The notes beneath the pieces are model-generated. The model searched no databases and was not told where the DNA came from. It saw only the letters and a list, made by a program, of their open reading frames with translations. The translations under genes were made by a program, and so were the position numbers. Below, one piece after another: positions 1-13,508 of a DNA stretch of 64,000 nt. Within the stretch, counting starts at the first letter, position 1, and every line of letters begins with the position of its first letter. The DNA lies in contig OX442314.1 of the NCBI GenBank assembly GCA_949358305.1, positions 5,270,001-5,334,000 on the forward strand, given 5' to 3'. The stretch is from Strigamia acuminata (Eukaryota).

Positions 1-289
1 ATGGAATTATCATCTCGGGTAGGTTTTTTACCGCTAATTTTAAATTTAAATTCCCTAATTCCCTAAATTTAACAATTTATTAAATATTCTAATCTGATTT
101 TTGTAAATAATAATCGGCTAATGTAAAACTCTAAAGTTTTAAACTGCATTGAATTTTGTTGCGTTAAAGAGGAAGGAGCAGAAACCGTGTGCAAAACATC
201 ACATGGGTGACTACACGTAGTTCCAGTTCAGTTTGTTTTTAGCTCATCGTAATGACATGGCGGGCACAAGAGCTCATTGTTGTGACTTG

Positions 290-1370
290 CATTGAGTTGT
301 GACAGTTTGCTTGTGTTGGATATTCTTTGGTTGAGGTGTGACAGTTTGCTTGTGTTGTGATATTCTTTGGTTGAGGTGTGACAGTTTGCTTATGTAGTGA
401 CATGTTGATTTGTTGTCAATATTGCTTGTGTTGTGTTATGAAACTTTGCTTGTGTTGTGTTGTAACACTTTGCCTGTGTTGTGTTGTGAAACTTTACTTG
501 CATTGTGTTGTGGGACTTTGCTTATGCTACATTATGTTGTGTTGTGTTGTGACTGAGTTGTGTTGTGACTTTATAGTGACCGTGTTGTGCCGTGACTGAG
601 TTCTGTTGTGACTTTGTAGTGACCGTGTTGTACTGTGACTGAGTTGTGTTGTGACCGAGCTGTGTTGTGTTGTGATTGTGCTGTATTGTGTTGTGACTGA
701 GCTGTGTTGTGTTGTGACCGAGCTGTGTTGTGACTTTGTAGTGACTGTGTTGTGTTGTGACTGAGATGTGTTGTGACTGAGTTCTGTTGTGACTGAGTTC
801 TGTTGTGACTGAGTTCTGTTGTGACTGAGTTCTGTTGTGACTTTGTAGTGACTGTGTTTTGTTGTGACTGAGTAGTTGTGTTGTGACTGAGTTGTGTTGT
901 GACTGTTGTGACTAAGTTGTGTTGTGACTGTTGTGACTGAGTTGTGTTGTGACTGTTGTGACTAAGTTGTGTTGTGACTGTTGTGACTGAGTTGTCTTGT
1001 GACTGAGTTGTGTTGTGACTGTTGTGACCAAGTTGTGTTGTGACTGTTGTGACTGTTGTGACTAAGTTGTGTTGTGACTGTTGTGACTGAGTTGTGTTGT
1101 GAATGTTGTGACTAAGTTGTGTTGTGACTGTTGTGACTGAGTTGTGTTGTGACTGAGTTGTGTTGTGACTGTTGTGACTGAGTTGTGTTGTGACTGTTGT
1201 GACTAAGTTGTGTTGTGACTGAGTTGTGTTGTGTTGTGACTGAGTTGTGATTGTGCTGTGTTTGTGACTGTGTTGTGATTGTGCTGTGTTGTGTTTGTGA
1301 TCACTGTATCGAGAGATTTGACCGACTAAATTGAGAGATTGTGTTGTGTTGTGATATTTTGTTGCGTTGT
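290..1370. repeat. Degenerate minisatellite of GTTGT/TTGTGACTGAG units
   Basis: Long run of ttgtgactga/gttgtgttgt units; the overlapping ORFs 378..599 and 571..1401 are repetitive translations of it. Boundaries approximate. Confidence 0.9.
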
Positions 1371-2436
1371 GACACTTTAATTGTTTGTCTGTACAATCCA
1401 CTACCGCATAACAATCACCACAACTTTACCGAGATCCATCACTCACCGTTCAACAACCCTCACAACACCACCACCGCAAAAGTATCAATTTATTTATTGA
1501 AACTTCCCCCTTTAAAAACGAATCCAAATTCAAATTATCTCGCCAAGTAGCGAAAAACATCATCCCTCGCTGAATTCGTCGAAACTGGGTCGAATTTCTC
1601 TTTTATTAAAATACTTCACTTATGGCAAACCGCCAGAACCGGAAAAATGAAAGAAGAAAAAAAGAAAAAGAAAACGTGAACCACTCCCATAATCCCTCTA
1701 GCGAATAATGGCACAAAAAAACGACATTTTCATTCACTTTCCTCACCCATTTTATTATTTTCATCATTCCGACGCAAACAAAAGAAAACAGATCGAGCGG
1801 CCGGCCGAAGTCGGCCATCTTTGCTTCTTCCCGCGTGGCTCGTAAACGCTCGTAAACCTTCGGAATTTACTCGGCGATGAGCTCGGTCGCAATTTATGAC
1901 CAGATCACTCTCCATAAAGTGCTCTTGTTGAACCAGAGGCAGGAAATAAGCGTCCTTAAAACGACTCTCTTCCATTCGAAATCAACTGCAACCGTCATCT
2001 CATTTCCCATCGTCCATTGCGCGCCCATTTTTTTTTTTCTCTCCAAAAATTTAGTCGAAATTGAAAATAGTAGAAATTACTTTGCCAAGAAAATGGAATG
2101 ATAGAAAGGGAAAGAAAAAAAGAACGAGAAAAGAAGAAGAAGAAAAAAAAAAGCCTCATCACTTTTTAATGGTTAGTTAAATGAAGTCTGTAAAAATCGA
2201 TTTTACTTTCAGCGATTATTAAAGAAAGTTACGACATACTTTCACCAGATGGCTCCACGCAAGATGCCATTTTGGAGAGTGTATTCAATGTCGAACACGA
2301 GTGTATTATTCGCTGAATTACTTATCGGTCTTAACCGGAAATAAATTGAATTATAATTCATCATTTATTTAAAAATATTCTATTTTTTGTAGTTACGGAA
2401 TAAATAAATATTTTTATTTTTGAAATTTTAGTCCCG

Positions 2437-2478
<42 letters not shown>

Positions 2479-3589
2479 TTTTTTTTTTTATCGTGTTTGT
2501 TTTTGGATTTAATTTTCTTTTATTTATTATCTTTTTCTGTTGTTGAATAAAAGAAATATAAGACGAAACATGGCGATGTTTATTCATGAAGCCGAGTATA
2601 GATTTCCGAGACGACAACGACACAACGGGAGCGCCATAGGCGGTCGCGAATGTTTAAAAAAAGATTGGAAAAAATGAAACACAAACAGTTACAAGCTGAT
2701 GTATGGCATTACCGAATGTCGAAGTGAATTTGTTGCAACAAACAACGGCGAAAACATGGAATCTTTGCAACGGAACGACACGAACGAAGACGAACACGAC
2801 ATCGACACCGAAACGAATAAAAAAAAATCTTTTTTAAATTAAATCTTTTGACGTTTAAATTTTTAAAATGATTTTTAGTGTTTGTAATTTGAGTTTATTT
2901 TGTGGATTTGATGTCGTCAAACGTGATTAAACTATTAAAAATTTTTTAATTACTTTTCTCACCACCTGGGATATAATTTGGGCAAATTTTTAATTATATT
3001 TTCTGTATAAAAGAGTTAATGAGCCGAAGTGGAAAGTTGAGCGAGAGAATTTTGATAGAAAAAGAAATTGGTTAGAGGGAATAAAAATGGAAAAAGAAAC
3101 GAAAGGAGAAAAAAAAAACATGCAATATCTGGGAAGAACAGAACAGATGTTGCAATTTTCCTCCACCAGATGTCGCCAAATCCCAAGTCACGCTGCGCTG
3201 CGCTGTGTGCTTATTCTGATGGATGTCACAACTGTCCACGTGATTCACACACGCACCACAGATGTTCCTTGATTTTCTTTTTCTTTTTCTTTTTCTTGAA
3301 AAACTTCAAACTTGCAAACGTCGACAATTTTGATTCGGAAAAAAATGTGTGTGTATGTGAAAAATGTCATTTTTAGTTTGATAATTTCTTTTATTTTCTT
3401 TGATATTATAAATAAAAATACAAAAAAGTTGCAGAAAGTTCATCAATTTCCCCGCGCTGTTTTGCTCCACCTTTTCGTGACTCCGTCGTTTATTTACAAT
3501 CCTACAAACCTGAAAACAAAACCACGTTTTACTAATACTCGCCCAAATATCACATTTTATGATAACTCACACAAGAATCTCATTTTCTA

Positions 3590-4440
3590 AAAGCCCACGT
3601 AAAAATCACCATTTATGAAAACCCACCCAAAAATCACATTTTATGAAAACCCACTCAAAAATCACATTTTTTGAAAACCCACCCAAAAATCACATTTTAT
3701 GAAAACCCACCCAAAAATCACATTTTATGAAAACCCACCCAAAAATTACATTTTACGAAAACCGACTAAAAAATCACCTTTTAGGAAAACCCACTCAAAA
3801 ATCACATTTTATGAAAACCCACCCAAAATCACCTTTTATGAAAACCCACCCAAAAGATATTTTGAAAAAATCACATTTTACGAAAACCCACCCAAAAATC
3901 ACATTTTATGAAAACCCACCAAAAAATCACATTTTACGAAAACCCACTAAAAAATCACCATTTATGAAAACTCACTCAAAAATCACATTTTATGAAAACC
4001 CATCCAAAATCACCTTTTATGAAAACCCACCCAAAAATTTTTTCGAAAAAAATACATTTTACGGACACCGACCCAAAAATCATATTTTATGAAAACCCAC
4101 CCAAAATCACATTTTATGAAAACCCACCCAAAAGATTTTTCCAAAAAAATCACATTTTACGGACACTCACCCAAAAATCACATTTTATGAAAACCCACCC
4201 AAAATCACATTGTATGAAAACCCACTCAAAAATCATATTCTACGAAAACCCACTCAAAAATCACATTTTACGAACATCCACCCAAAAATCACATTTTCCA
4301 AAAACCCACCCAAAACCCCCACATTCCCAACCACCACATCTTTCAAAACCCCGCCCTAAAACATCATTAATAAAAAAAATCTCCTTTTCCCAAAACCCAC
4401 CAAAACAAACCCCCAAAAAACCCAATCTCACCTTTTACGA
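3590..4440. repeat. Minisatellite, ~28-bp unit AAAATCACATTTTATGAAAACCCACCCA
   Basis: Tandem imperfect copies visible directly, immediately 3' of the Gly/His-rich gene stop codon. Boundaries approximate. Confidence 0.9.
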
Positions 4441-4444
4441 AACC

Positions 4445-4836
4445 TCAACCGTGATGACCGTGATGACCGTGCCCACCAGCCGTGAAGCCATAATCATAAT
4501 GTTCCTGCCCGTGTCCTTTAACGGCGACATTTACGTGCGAATGACCGGAAGGAGTGTGATAACCGTAAGCAAATGGTGCAAAATGATATCCATATCCATG
4601 TCCGCCATCATAACCCCCATGACCTCCGTAACCTCCGTATCCCCCATGACCTCCGTAGCCCCCGTGACCGTAACCGTGCCCGTAGCCGCCATGATGGCCC
4701 GCCTCCGTGATCACGACCGCCACACACAGCACGATCAAGCCGATAATCTGTGAAATACAAACGGAGAAACATTCGAGAGATAAGTCGGACACATTTCCTC
4801 CATACTCGCACAAATCGAACTCACTTTGGTGTACAT
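4445..4836 (-). CDS. Small secreted Gly/His/Tyr-rich protein, cuticle-protein-like (104 aa, 2 exons: 4836-4825, 4747-4445)
   Basis: ATG TAC ACC AAA|gtgagt ... tttcacag|ATT ATC gives MYTKIIGLIVLCVAVVITEA (signal peptide) followed by GHHGGYGHGYGHGG repeats. A 12-nt first coding exon is typical of arthropod cuticular genes; TATA box upstream. Confidence 0.85.
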
Positions 4837-4882
4837 TTCGAGTGTCGGTTTCGTTTTGTGCAACTCCCGCGAATATTTTCGC

Positions 4883-4889
4883 TTTTATA
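4883..4889 (-). promoter_or_regulatory. TATA box (TATAAAA) of the Gly/His-rich gene
   Basis: CTATAAAAG on the minus strand, about 47 nt upstream of the ATG at 4836. Confidence 0.7.
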
Positions 4890-6276
4890 GGCGTTCGAGC
4901 CACGCTCAACTGACCTTTCGCCCATGGTCTTTCCATTGAGTACCAGGCACGGGTTGGTGTTCCCATTTTTCCAACCCAGCCCACCAGAGGGCGTGAATGG
5001 AGTCTTGACGATGACCCCCGTGCCAGGGCGAGCGGGGAAATCGAAACCTAATTTGAGAAATGGTCGAAAAGGATGGGAAATGATGATGCGGCACCGTGCG
5101 GGCGCTAGAGATGGTTTGGGATGACAAAATGTTTGTTTTTGTTTGTGTTTTTGTTTATTTTTGGCAATGGATTCTCGTGTTTTCGCTTTTTTCTTTGTTT
5201 TTGTGTCAGTGGAATTAATTCTTTACGCTTGCTCCACATTTTTCGGTGAATGTTTTTGTAATAAACATATTTGGCGGATTATTCTTCACAATGCATGGTG
5301 CGGCACGGTTGCGCGGAATTGCCCGTAATTACTGCAAATATCCAAAATATGGGGTAGTTGGATGTAATGATGGGAATTATCGGGGGCAATGAAGGAGAAA
5401 GCAACCTTGGGATGTATGCGCCATCTATTGCTGGGATAGTGAGGTTTTGGAGTTTGCGATTTGTTGGTAACAGATGGCGTAAGATGTCGTAAGATGTCTA
5501 TTTTTCGCTATTTTCGTCGTTTGTATCCTTGTTTTGAAGAAGAAAAATGGAAAAAATCGAGTTGTGACTGAATAAATTGTTAAAATGTATAGTATTTTGG
5601 GGTTTATTTGCGTGTTTTATTACGAAATTGGCGATTTTTCCAGTGGAGGTTGGAGAACGAGCGGCCATTCTTCCCACGAATTGATATTTTTTGACGTCAT
5701 AAAATATCGCTTTTTTCTTCTTGATTCATAATTAATGACGTGTTTAATAAAAATCAAACCGAACCAAACGTCAACAACAGCAACACCAAAAACATCAAGA
5801 TACAACGAAATAAATTTAACAAAATCGATCGTATTTCATAATTATTTGAACATTTTATTATGCGATTGGCACATTTTTTCCAGCCGAGATTCAATAAGCA
5901 GCCATCATCCCCACAAACCGATAATTCATGACGTCATAAAATCTCACTTTTTCCCTCCACCTACACAATTTCTGACTCAATCAAACCAAAATCAAACCAA
6001 AATTTTAAAACAACCCCCCAAAACCAACAATTTATTAAAACATCCACAATTTCCAACCACCTAAAACAAACAAATAAATAAACAACATTAAATCCACCGG
6101 TCATTGACGTCGCCAACCTCCAACCTCCAACGCCCCTATTCGCCACCAGTCCCCGCCACCGCACACTGTTCCAAAACTATTCCCCACCGTGTTGTCTCAT
6201 CGTCTCGTTCATTCCTCCAAAACTCACACATTGACAATTAAAAACCGATCCCAGAGTCTCGCCCACTCGCGAAACC

Positions 6277-9200
6277 ATGTCAATGCGAAAGGCAACTCAC
6301 GCGGGCAGTTGGTACGCAAACTCAGGTAAAGTCAACAACAAAACCTCGCTCGTCTCGTCTCGTTTTCGTCTCGTTTTCGTCTCATTTTCCGCACCCAATC
6401 AGCTGAAACGGACCTGTTTCCATTGTCCGAATGTGTTTCGAGGCCACTCGCTCGCTGCGGGCTGGCAAAACGTCGAGAAATTAATTAATTTGATGTGAAT
6501 TTTCATCTTTTTTGTCTTTTTTTTTCTAGCACGTGATCTCCAATCGCAGCTGGACTTTTGGTTGTCGTCGGCGGAGAAATGTCACAATCCTGCACGGGCG
6601 ATTATTGCTCCGTGAGTTTTTTTTTTGAGTAAAATTGAGTTTTATATTCGATTTTAATGTTGTTTTATCTTTTTATTAGACATGCTGGATACACGTACTG
6701 CGGTGCATGTAGTGCTTTTGCGTATAGACAAGTGGATCCAACTAATATGTGATTTTTTTTGGTTTTTTTGAGGATTTTTTTTATTTTTTTATTTATTTTT
6801 TTTTGGTTTTTTTGTGTTTTTGTTTTTTTTTTTTTTTTGGGTATCTTGGCTGTTTTTTAGTTTTTTGGGGCATTTTTTTGGTTTTTGGGGCTTTATTTGG
6901 TTTTTTAGGGCATTTTTTGGTTTTTTTAGAACATTTTTTGGTTTTTTGGGGCATTTTTTGTGAATTTTTTGGTTTTTTGGGGCTTTTTTAGTTTTTTTTG
7001 GGGATTTTTTTGGTTTTTTGGGGCATTTTTTGGGAATTTTTTGGATAATTGTATTTTTTTGGTTTTTAATATTTTTTTGTTTGTCTTTTCTAGTAAAAAT
7101 GTGTTTATTTTGGGTCCGTCACATCACGTGCGATTGAGTGGTTGCGCCCTCTCAGGAGCTGCTAAATACAAGACTCCGTTCTACGATTTAATAACGGATA
7201 GAAAAGGTGTAGGAATTATGCATAAGGGGGTTGGAAAACACATTTCCATGCTAAAAATGCATTTCTAGTCATTGAAAATGCATTTCATTCGATAACAATG
7301 TATTTTTAGCTTATAAATGTGCATTTTCTGCTTAAAAATGTGCATTTTTAGCCTAAAAATGTGTATTTTCAGCTTAAAAATGTGTATTTTCAGCTTAGAA
7401 ATGTGTATTTTCAGTCTGAAAATGTGTATTTTCAGTCGATAACAATATATTTTCAGCTTAAAAGTGTGTATTTTGAGCTTAAAAATGTATATTTTCAGCT
7501 TAAAAATGTGCATTTTTAGCCTAAAAAGTGTGCATTTTCTGCCTACAAATGCATTTTCAGGCAAAAATGAATTAACAAAAATGCATTACCAGGCTAAAAA
7601 TGCAATTCTAGGCATTAAAAATGCATTTTCAGTTGATAACAATGTATTTTCTGCCCAAAAATGTGCATTTTTTGCCTCAAAATGTGCATTTTTTGTCTCT
7701 CAATGTACATTTTTTGCCTCAAAATGTATATTTTTTGCCTCAAAATGTGCATTTTCAGCCTACAAATGCCTACAAAGTGAATGAATAAAAATGCATTTCT
7801 AGTCGATAACAATGCTTTTCCAGTCAATAAAACTGCATTTTCAGACATAACTTGTACACTTCCAGTCAACAAATGCACTTTTATAGCCTGTATAGACGAT
7901 AAAATGCATATTTTAGTCACCTCCTAGATTAAACACGCAAACCTCCCTCTGCTTGTCTTGTTTATTTAATTTATTTCTCGTGTAATTTTCAGTTTGCGAT
8001 GCTCTGTACTCGACGGGCGCGTTTGAAATGATGAGCATGCAAACGGACGAAGACGAGCATAGTATAGAAATGCATTTACCTTACATTGCCAAAGTGATGG
8101 AGAAGTGAGTTTGATCACGGAAAAACACTCGCAAATCTGTTTTAATTGATCAATTGATTTTGCCATTACAGTCACAAGAACCAATTCACAATAATTCCAG
8201 TTCTGGTCGGATCGCTGACGGCCGACAAAGAGGCCGAGTACGGCAAGATTTTTAGTCCGTATTTGGCGAATCCGGAAAACCTTTTCGTAATTTCGTCCGA
8301 TTTTTGTCACTGGGGTAGAAATTAGATTTTTTGTTTTTATTTTTATTTTTTTTATAATTTTTTTATTTTTTTATTTCATTGACAGGTCAACGATTCCGAT
8401 ACACTTACTACGACAAATCGTCGGGCGAGATTTACAAATCGATAGAAAAATTAGATCGAATGGTATTGATGCGTTGGAAATGATATATTGCAATGAAATG
8501 TGTGATTGCAATATGTCATTTGTGTAGTGCAGTATTTCTTACCGTGTGAAGGCAATTTTTTCGTATGGAATGGTTGATTTTATGCTGTATGAGCCAATTT
8601 GTGCACACTTTGCCTATGAAATGGATGATTTTACGCCATAAAAGCCAATTTGTGCACACTTTGCATGTGAAATGGTTGATTTTAAAGCCAATTTTTGCAA
8701 TTATTCAGCATGAAAAGGTACATTTTTGATTAAAATTGTGCCTTGTAACGACTTATTCATCTGAAAATGCATTTTTAGTCCCGATAACATGCCTAAAATG
8801 TGCCTAAACACCATTCTTGCCTCTAAAAAAAATTGTACTCTCTTAACACTAGAACGGCCGGAATTTCGGCCTACCTAGAACGGCCGAAACCGGTTAAAAT
8901 GACCGGTTGCAATAACGTGAACAGTACGTGCACCAAATGTGCAAAATACTTTTACAATACGTGCACAATACGTGTAAACAACGTTTTGGCATCAAATTGA
9001 TTCAATAACACGCAAAATATGCGAAGAAAATACCAAAACAAAAATTGATGGTTATTATAAAACCTGGTAAAATTAAAATTCCGTTTTTAATTTTATCAGA
9101 TTTTATAAAAACCATCAATTTTTGTTTTGGTATTTTCTTCGCATGTTTCGCGTGTTACTGAATCAGTTTGATGCCAAAACGTTGTATGCACATATTGTGC

Positions 9201-10764
9201 ACGTTTGGTGCACGTTTGGTGCACGTTTGGTGCAGTTTGGTGCACGTATTGTTCAGGTGATTTTAACCGGTCATTTTAACCGGTTTCGGCCGTTCTAGGT
9301 CAATTCACTTTTTTTTTTATTATTTCTTAAGAAAAATTCAACTTTTGATGATTTATGATATAAAGCATCATAAATCAGCTAAAGTCACAAATTAGCAGCA
9401 CCGTAAACCCATTGGGTTTATTGCTGCAGCTGTTTAAACAGCTGTACCGGTCAAAATGACCGGTCTGGCCGTTCTAGTGTTAAAATTAATTTTTCTATTT
9501 TTAAGCTAAAAAGATATCCACTATGTTCAATGTAAAAGGTTGTATTCTTCATTCAATTTCAGGGCATGGATATGATAGAGCAAATGTCACCCAACGGATT
9601 CACCGACTACTTAAAAAAATACGGCAACACCATATGTGGCCGCCATCCCATAGGCGTTCTACTAAACGTAAAAATAAATAATTAAATCAATAAAAATCGA
9701 ATTCCCGTAATTTCGCATTTACGAACCGCCCTTGAACACTAGCCTGCTTCAAATAATATCGTCAAACGCTACGCAGAGTCTGTTCACACTGTAGGGCACG
9801 TGTGAACAGAGCTGAAACAATTGATGTTGCATCTGGTCAATCAGATGGCTTCAATGAAACCTGGAATTGGATCTAGTTCCAGAACTAGTTGCAGAATCTG
9901 TAAATGGCGGCCTGTTTGCATGTGGCAAAGTCTCGCCAACCAGACGTGAATCTACGAGAGTTTGAGTCGATCGTGATTGGTTGCGTCAGTTTTCTCTCGT
10001 TGCGTCTAGTGTGAACACAAGCAGTGTGAACCTTTAGAATGATAACGACTAGTATCAGTGTTGTATCAAATGCGAACTAAGTTGTTAGTTCGCGAATTAA
10101 GATCGCGAACTAGTTCTCTTTTACAAGTGAACGCAAAAAAACGAACTTAGTGAACTTGAACAAAGTTTGCGTTCACCATGTTTGATGATATAAACGTCGC
10201 AAAAACGTAACTTTTTGCATCGGTTTTAAACGTTTTGATGACTTTTTCATCATCAAAACATTCATTTTGATCAATTTTTACAACAAAAATGACGAAATAA
10301 ACCATTTTCGACATTAAAATCAATGAAAACGACTGCTTTACTAAAAAAAAAGTGTTTTTTCCATCTGCAAACCACAAAACATAATAAAAACATTTCAATT
10401 TTTTAAAAAAAAAATTGGAAAAGTGAACTGAATTACTTGTATTGGTTCAAGTTCGTGAACTTGAACTTAGTTCACATTGAAAAAAATATAGTGAACGTGA
10501 ACGTGAACTTGAACTAGTTTGCGATTTGGTGAACGAGATACAACACTGGCTAGTATTCGAGGGCGGCTCTTAATTGCGGAAAAAACTTTTAGACTTGTTA
10601 TTTAAAAGCATTAAATTGAATTTCAGGCAATTCAAGTCCTCGATAAGACGGGAAACGGGCACCGAATGCGCCTCAAGTTCCTGAAATACGCGCAGTCGAG
10701 CCAGTGCAGCTCGATGCAGGATTCCTCCGTGAGCTACGCGGCCGGCGCGTTCACTTTCGAGTAA
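6277..10764 (+). CDS. MEMO1: Protein MEMO1 (mediator of cell motility 1), 295 aa, 9 exons: 6277-6325, 6530-6611, 6680-6748, 7094-7206, 7993-8104, 8172-8314, 8386-8462, 9563-9667, 10627-10764
   Basis: All introns GT..AG and phase-consistent (888 nt in total). Hallmark motifs [72 protein letters not shown]. Confidence 0.97.
6750..7080. repeat. T-rich ~21-bp minisatellite in MEMO1 intron 3
   Basis: Units like ttttttggggcatttttttgg. Confidence 0.8.
7240..7920. repeat. ~21-bp minisatellite in MEMO1 intron 4
   Basis: Units like aaaatgtgtattttcagctta. Confidence 0.8.
8847..9479. mobile_element. Non-autonomous TTAA-target (piggyBac-type) MITE with internal foldback, in MEMO1 intron 7
   Basis: TTAA|CACTAGAACGGCC ... 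GGCCGTTCTAGTG|TTAA; long internal inverted repeat from about 8875 to 9300. Confidence 0.85.
9723..10569. mobile_element. Possible older MITE in MEMO1 intron 8 hosting a hAT MITE
   Basis: Imperfect ~20-bp inverted ends gaaccgcccttgaacactag / ctagtattcgagggcggctc; flanks ttac/ttaa match only partly. Confidence 0.45.
10056..10548. mobile_element. hAT-type MITE
   Basis: TIR CAGTGTTGTATC / GATACAACACTG; 8-bp TSD actagtat/gctagtat (7/8); subterminal GTGAACT repeats. Confidence 0.8.
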
Positions 10765-11229
10765 CTTTTGTGCCTTTGTACTAACCGATTGCTCCAAGAA
10801 TAACATTTTTCTTCATTTTTGCAAACATATTTCTAGTACATTTTTTTTCTCGCCATTTTTCTTTACTAAGTGTCTTATTAGACCCGAAGAAATTAAAAAT
10901 TTAAATTAAAAAAACAAACATGGCCGTTTTGTCATGTTTTTATTTGTTTTTTTGTTTTTTGTTTTTTGTTTTTGTTTTGTTTTTAATTCTGTATAAGAGT
11001 TTGTTTAGAAGAATTTGTAGCTAAAATGCAATGTGAACTGGAATGAAATTTAGCATAATAATAATTGTTGTGGAAAAGATGTTTTGTGTTTTAAAATGTT
11101 GATTTTTGAATCTCGTGTTCATCTCAGTCTCAGGGGCTTGTGAATATCTTCCAGTGATGTAGTGACTTAGTGTGACTGGTGGGGCGAGAATTTAAGCGGA
11201 AGTTTGCATGAATGGATTTTGGTTGGCTT

Positions 11230-11905
11230 TGAGGGGTTTTTATTTGACGGATTTCAAAAATTTAGGTGATTTTGTTGAAAAATTGACGAAATATTGTTGA
11301 GAATTCACCAATTTTGTCGAAATTTGACCCACATTTGTTGAAAATTGACGAATTTTGATGGATATTGACCAATTTTTGACAAAATTTGTGGAAATTTGTC
11401 TATATTTTGTTGAAATTTGTCGACATTTATTGAAATTTGTTGAAATTTGTCGAAATTGACCGAATTCTGACTGATTTGACTGATTTTAGTCAAAATTTGT
11501 CTGAATTCTGACTGATTTGACTGATTTTAGTCAAAATTTGACGAAAATTGATTAATTTTGTTGAATATTGACCGAATTCTGACGGATTTATGTCAAAATT
11601 TGTCGAAATTTGACCGAATTCTGACCGATTTTTGTCAAAATTTGACCAAATTTGACGAAAATTGATTAATTTTGTTGAATATTGACGAATTTTGTTGAGT
11701 ATTGACGAATTTTGTTGAGTATTGACGAATTTTGTTGAATATTGACGAATTTTGTCGAAATTTGACCAATTTTTGACGGATTTTGTTGAAATTTGACCAA
11801 TCTTTGACGGATTTTGTCGAAAATTTGACCAATCTTTGACGGATTATGTCGAAATTTGACGGATTTTGTCGAAATTTGACCAATTTTTTGACGAATTTTG
11901 TTGAA
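11230..11905. repeat. Minisatellite with 10-11/20-21/31-bp periodicity (attgacgaattttgttga)
   Basis: Directly visible tandem units downstream of MEMO1. Boundaries approximate. Confidence 0.85.
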
Positions 11906-13508
11906 AATGGCGCCCTCCTTTCCTTTTGCTAGCCGCCATCGTTCTTATACCACCGTTCATCGCCTCATTCCAACATGCAAATCCGAGCTGGTTTTTCTTT
12001 ATTCATAATGTCGCGTATTGTATAGATTTTGTATGTATTTCCCTCGTGTTGGTTTCAAGTGCCTAATTTCAACCTATGCATATTGATAGCTGAAAATGAG
12101 CAATAATAAAGATAAAAAACAAAACAAACGACCGGTTCAGTTATCGAATGCTTTTCACGTTCTTCCTATATACCAATCTGTAGATATTAAATTACATTTT
12201 TATTAAAACTTTTTCTTTTCTTTATTTTTTTTCTCAAAGGATTATTAAGCTGCAAATTTATTTACATTTCCTAAAGCACACAATTTGTTATTATTTTTTT
12301 CTAAATAATTAAACTCTGGTATATAAAGAGAACAAATAAACATGATGATGATGGTAAAATTAACATTTTATTTGTTTTGTTCGAATTTTACCGGAAGTAC
12401 TACCGGAAGCAAGAATCGGGCTGAAGTTGGCACCACATTCACATTCACCCAAACTACAGATAGAACAAATCCCCTTTTTTACGATGGATTTCAATGGTTT
12501 TTACACCAAAAGATAGAGGATTTTCTCTTTAATAAACCCTGAAAAGCACAAGTCTCTACCCATCATAGTTTTCGAGCAGCAACCGTTTGAATATGGCGCA
12601 AAAAAAGACTTGTACTCAAATTTCCCTCACAATTTCCGAATCTAGTGCCACAGTTTCATTGAGATGTTCTTAACGAATAGGCGTAGAACAAGTTTCAACC
12701 AATCACGCATCTCGGAAATCTCAAGCCCGGCGTATTAATCGTAAATACATTGCAAACACGTAACGTATTCATTATTTCAAAACATCAAATAATACTATAA
12801 TTAATAGAAACATTTAATTCTTATCTTGCACATCTTAAAATCACTTCACAATTGAATTAAACCCAAATTCTAGATATCTGACGTCATCAAAGTGCGAGGT
12901 AGACGCTAATCGCCGAAAAATTTCCCTCGAGATGTGGTCTCAGAAATTCTTAAGATCATTTAGGACCACCAAACCATCAATGGCAATCATTTCCTTGGTA
13001 CAAAATACACCCAACAAGCAGGTTAGATAAATTTTACAACTCTTTAAATTATTTTTAGAACATCCGGTGGGCGATATAAAATTGGCAACCGCGTGGCAGA
13101 AACGACTCGACAACCGCTTACATGCGGTAGCTGATTTAGACGTCCTGTCCGTAACAGAAAAAAATGCGTTTTTAAATTTTTTATTAATGATAAAGAACGA
13201 ATGTTGACATCACAATGAAACAACACGAAAACGAAGCTGATTTATTAATGCTTAAACTTACAATTACATCGTACAATGAAATAATGTACGGAAGTCTGAA
13301 TGATACATGAATTTCTACTTTCTCAATTATTTGGGTCTTTGCTGTAGAGTTTAGATTGAGAGATGTGCTGGAAGTTCAAAAGGCATTTGACTCATCACTA
13401 AATAGTTTTTGTAACAATACAAATCGAAATATAATGACAATTGGAAAATTGTCTGATATTGTGTAATTGTGAAATTGTAATTTGAAAATTGTAAACAACG
13501 CCCCAAAA

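Noticed and set aside
1..20. ATG...CGG|gtagg, a possible exon end at the window edge
   Set aside because: Too short to assign, and no downstream exon identified.
378..1401. ORFs of 73 and 276 aa (Cys/Val-rich; Thr/Gln/His-rich)
   Set aside because: Translations of the minisatellite; no splice or domain support.
2438..2489. Long poly-T tract as a retrocopy or SINE tail
   Set aside because: No TSD or recognisable body found.
3699..4753. Plus-strand ORFs with MKTHPK/YENPPK repeats; CRISPR-like appearance
   Set aside because: A 28-bp tandem repeat with no unique spacers and no cas genes in a eukaryotic context; the 3' part is antisense to the Gly/His gene.
12380..12600. accggaagt repeats and caagtctcta motif reminiscent of Helentron-derived repeats
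   Set aside because: No boundaries could be defined; similarity is impressionistic.
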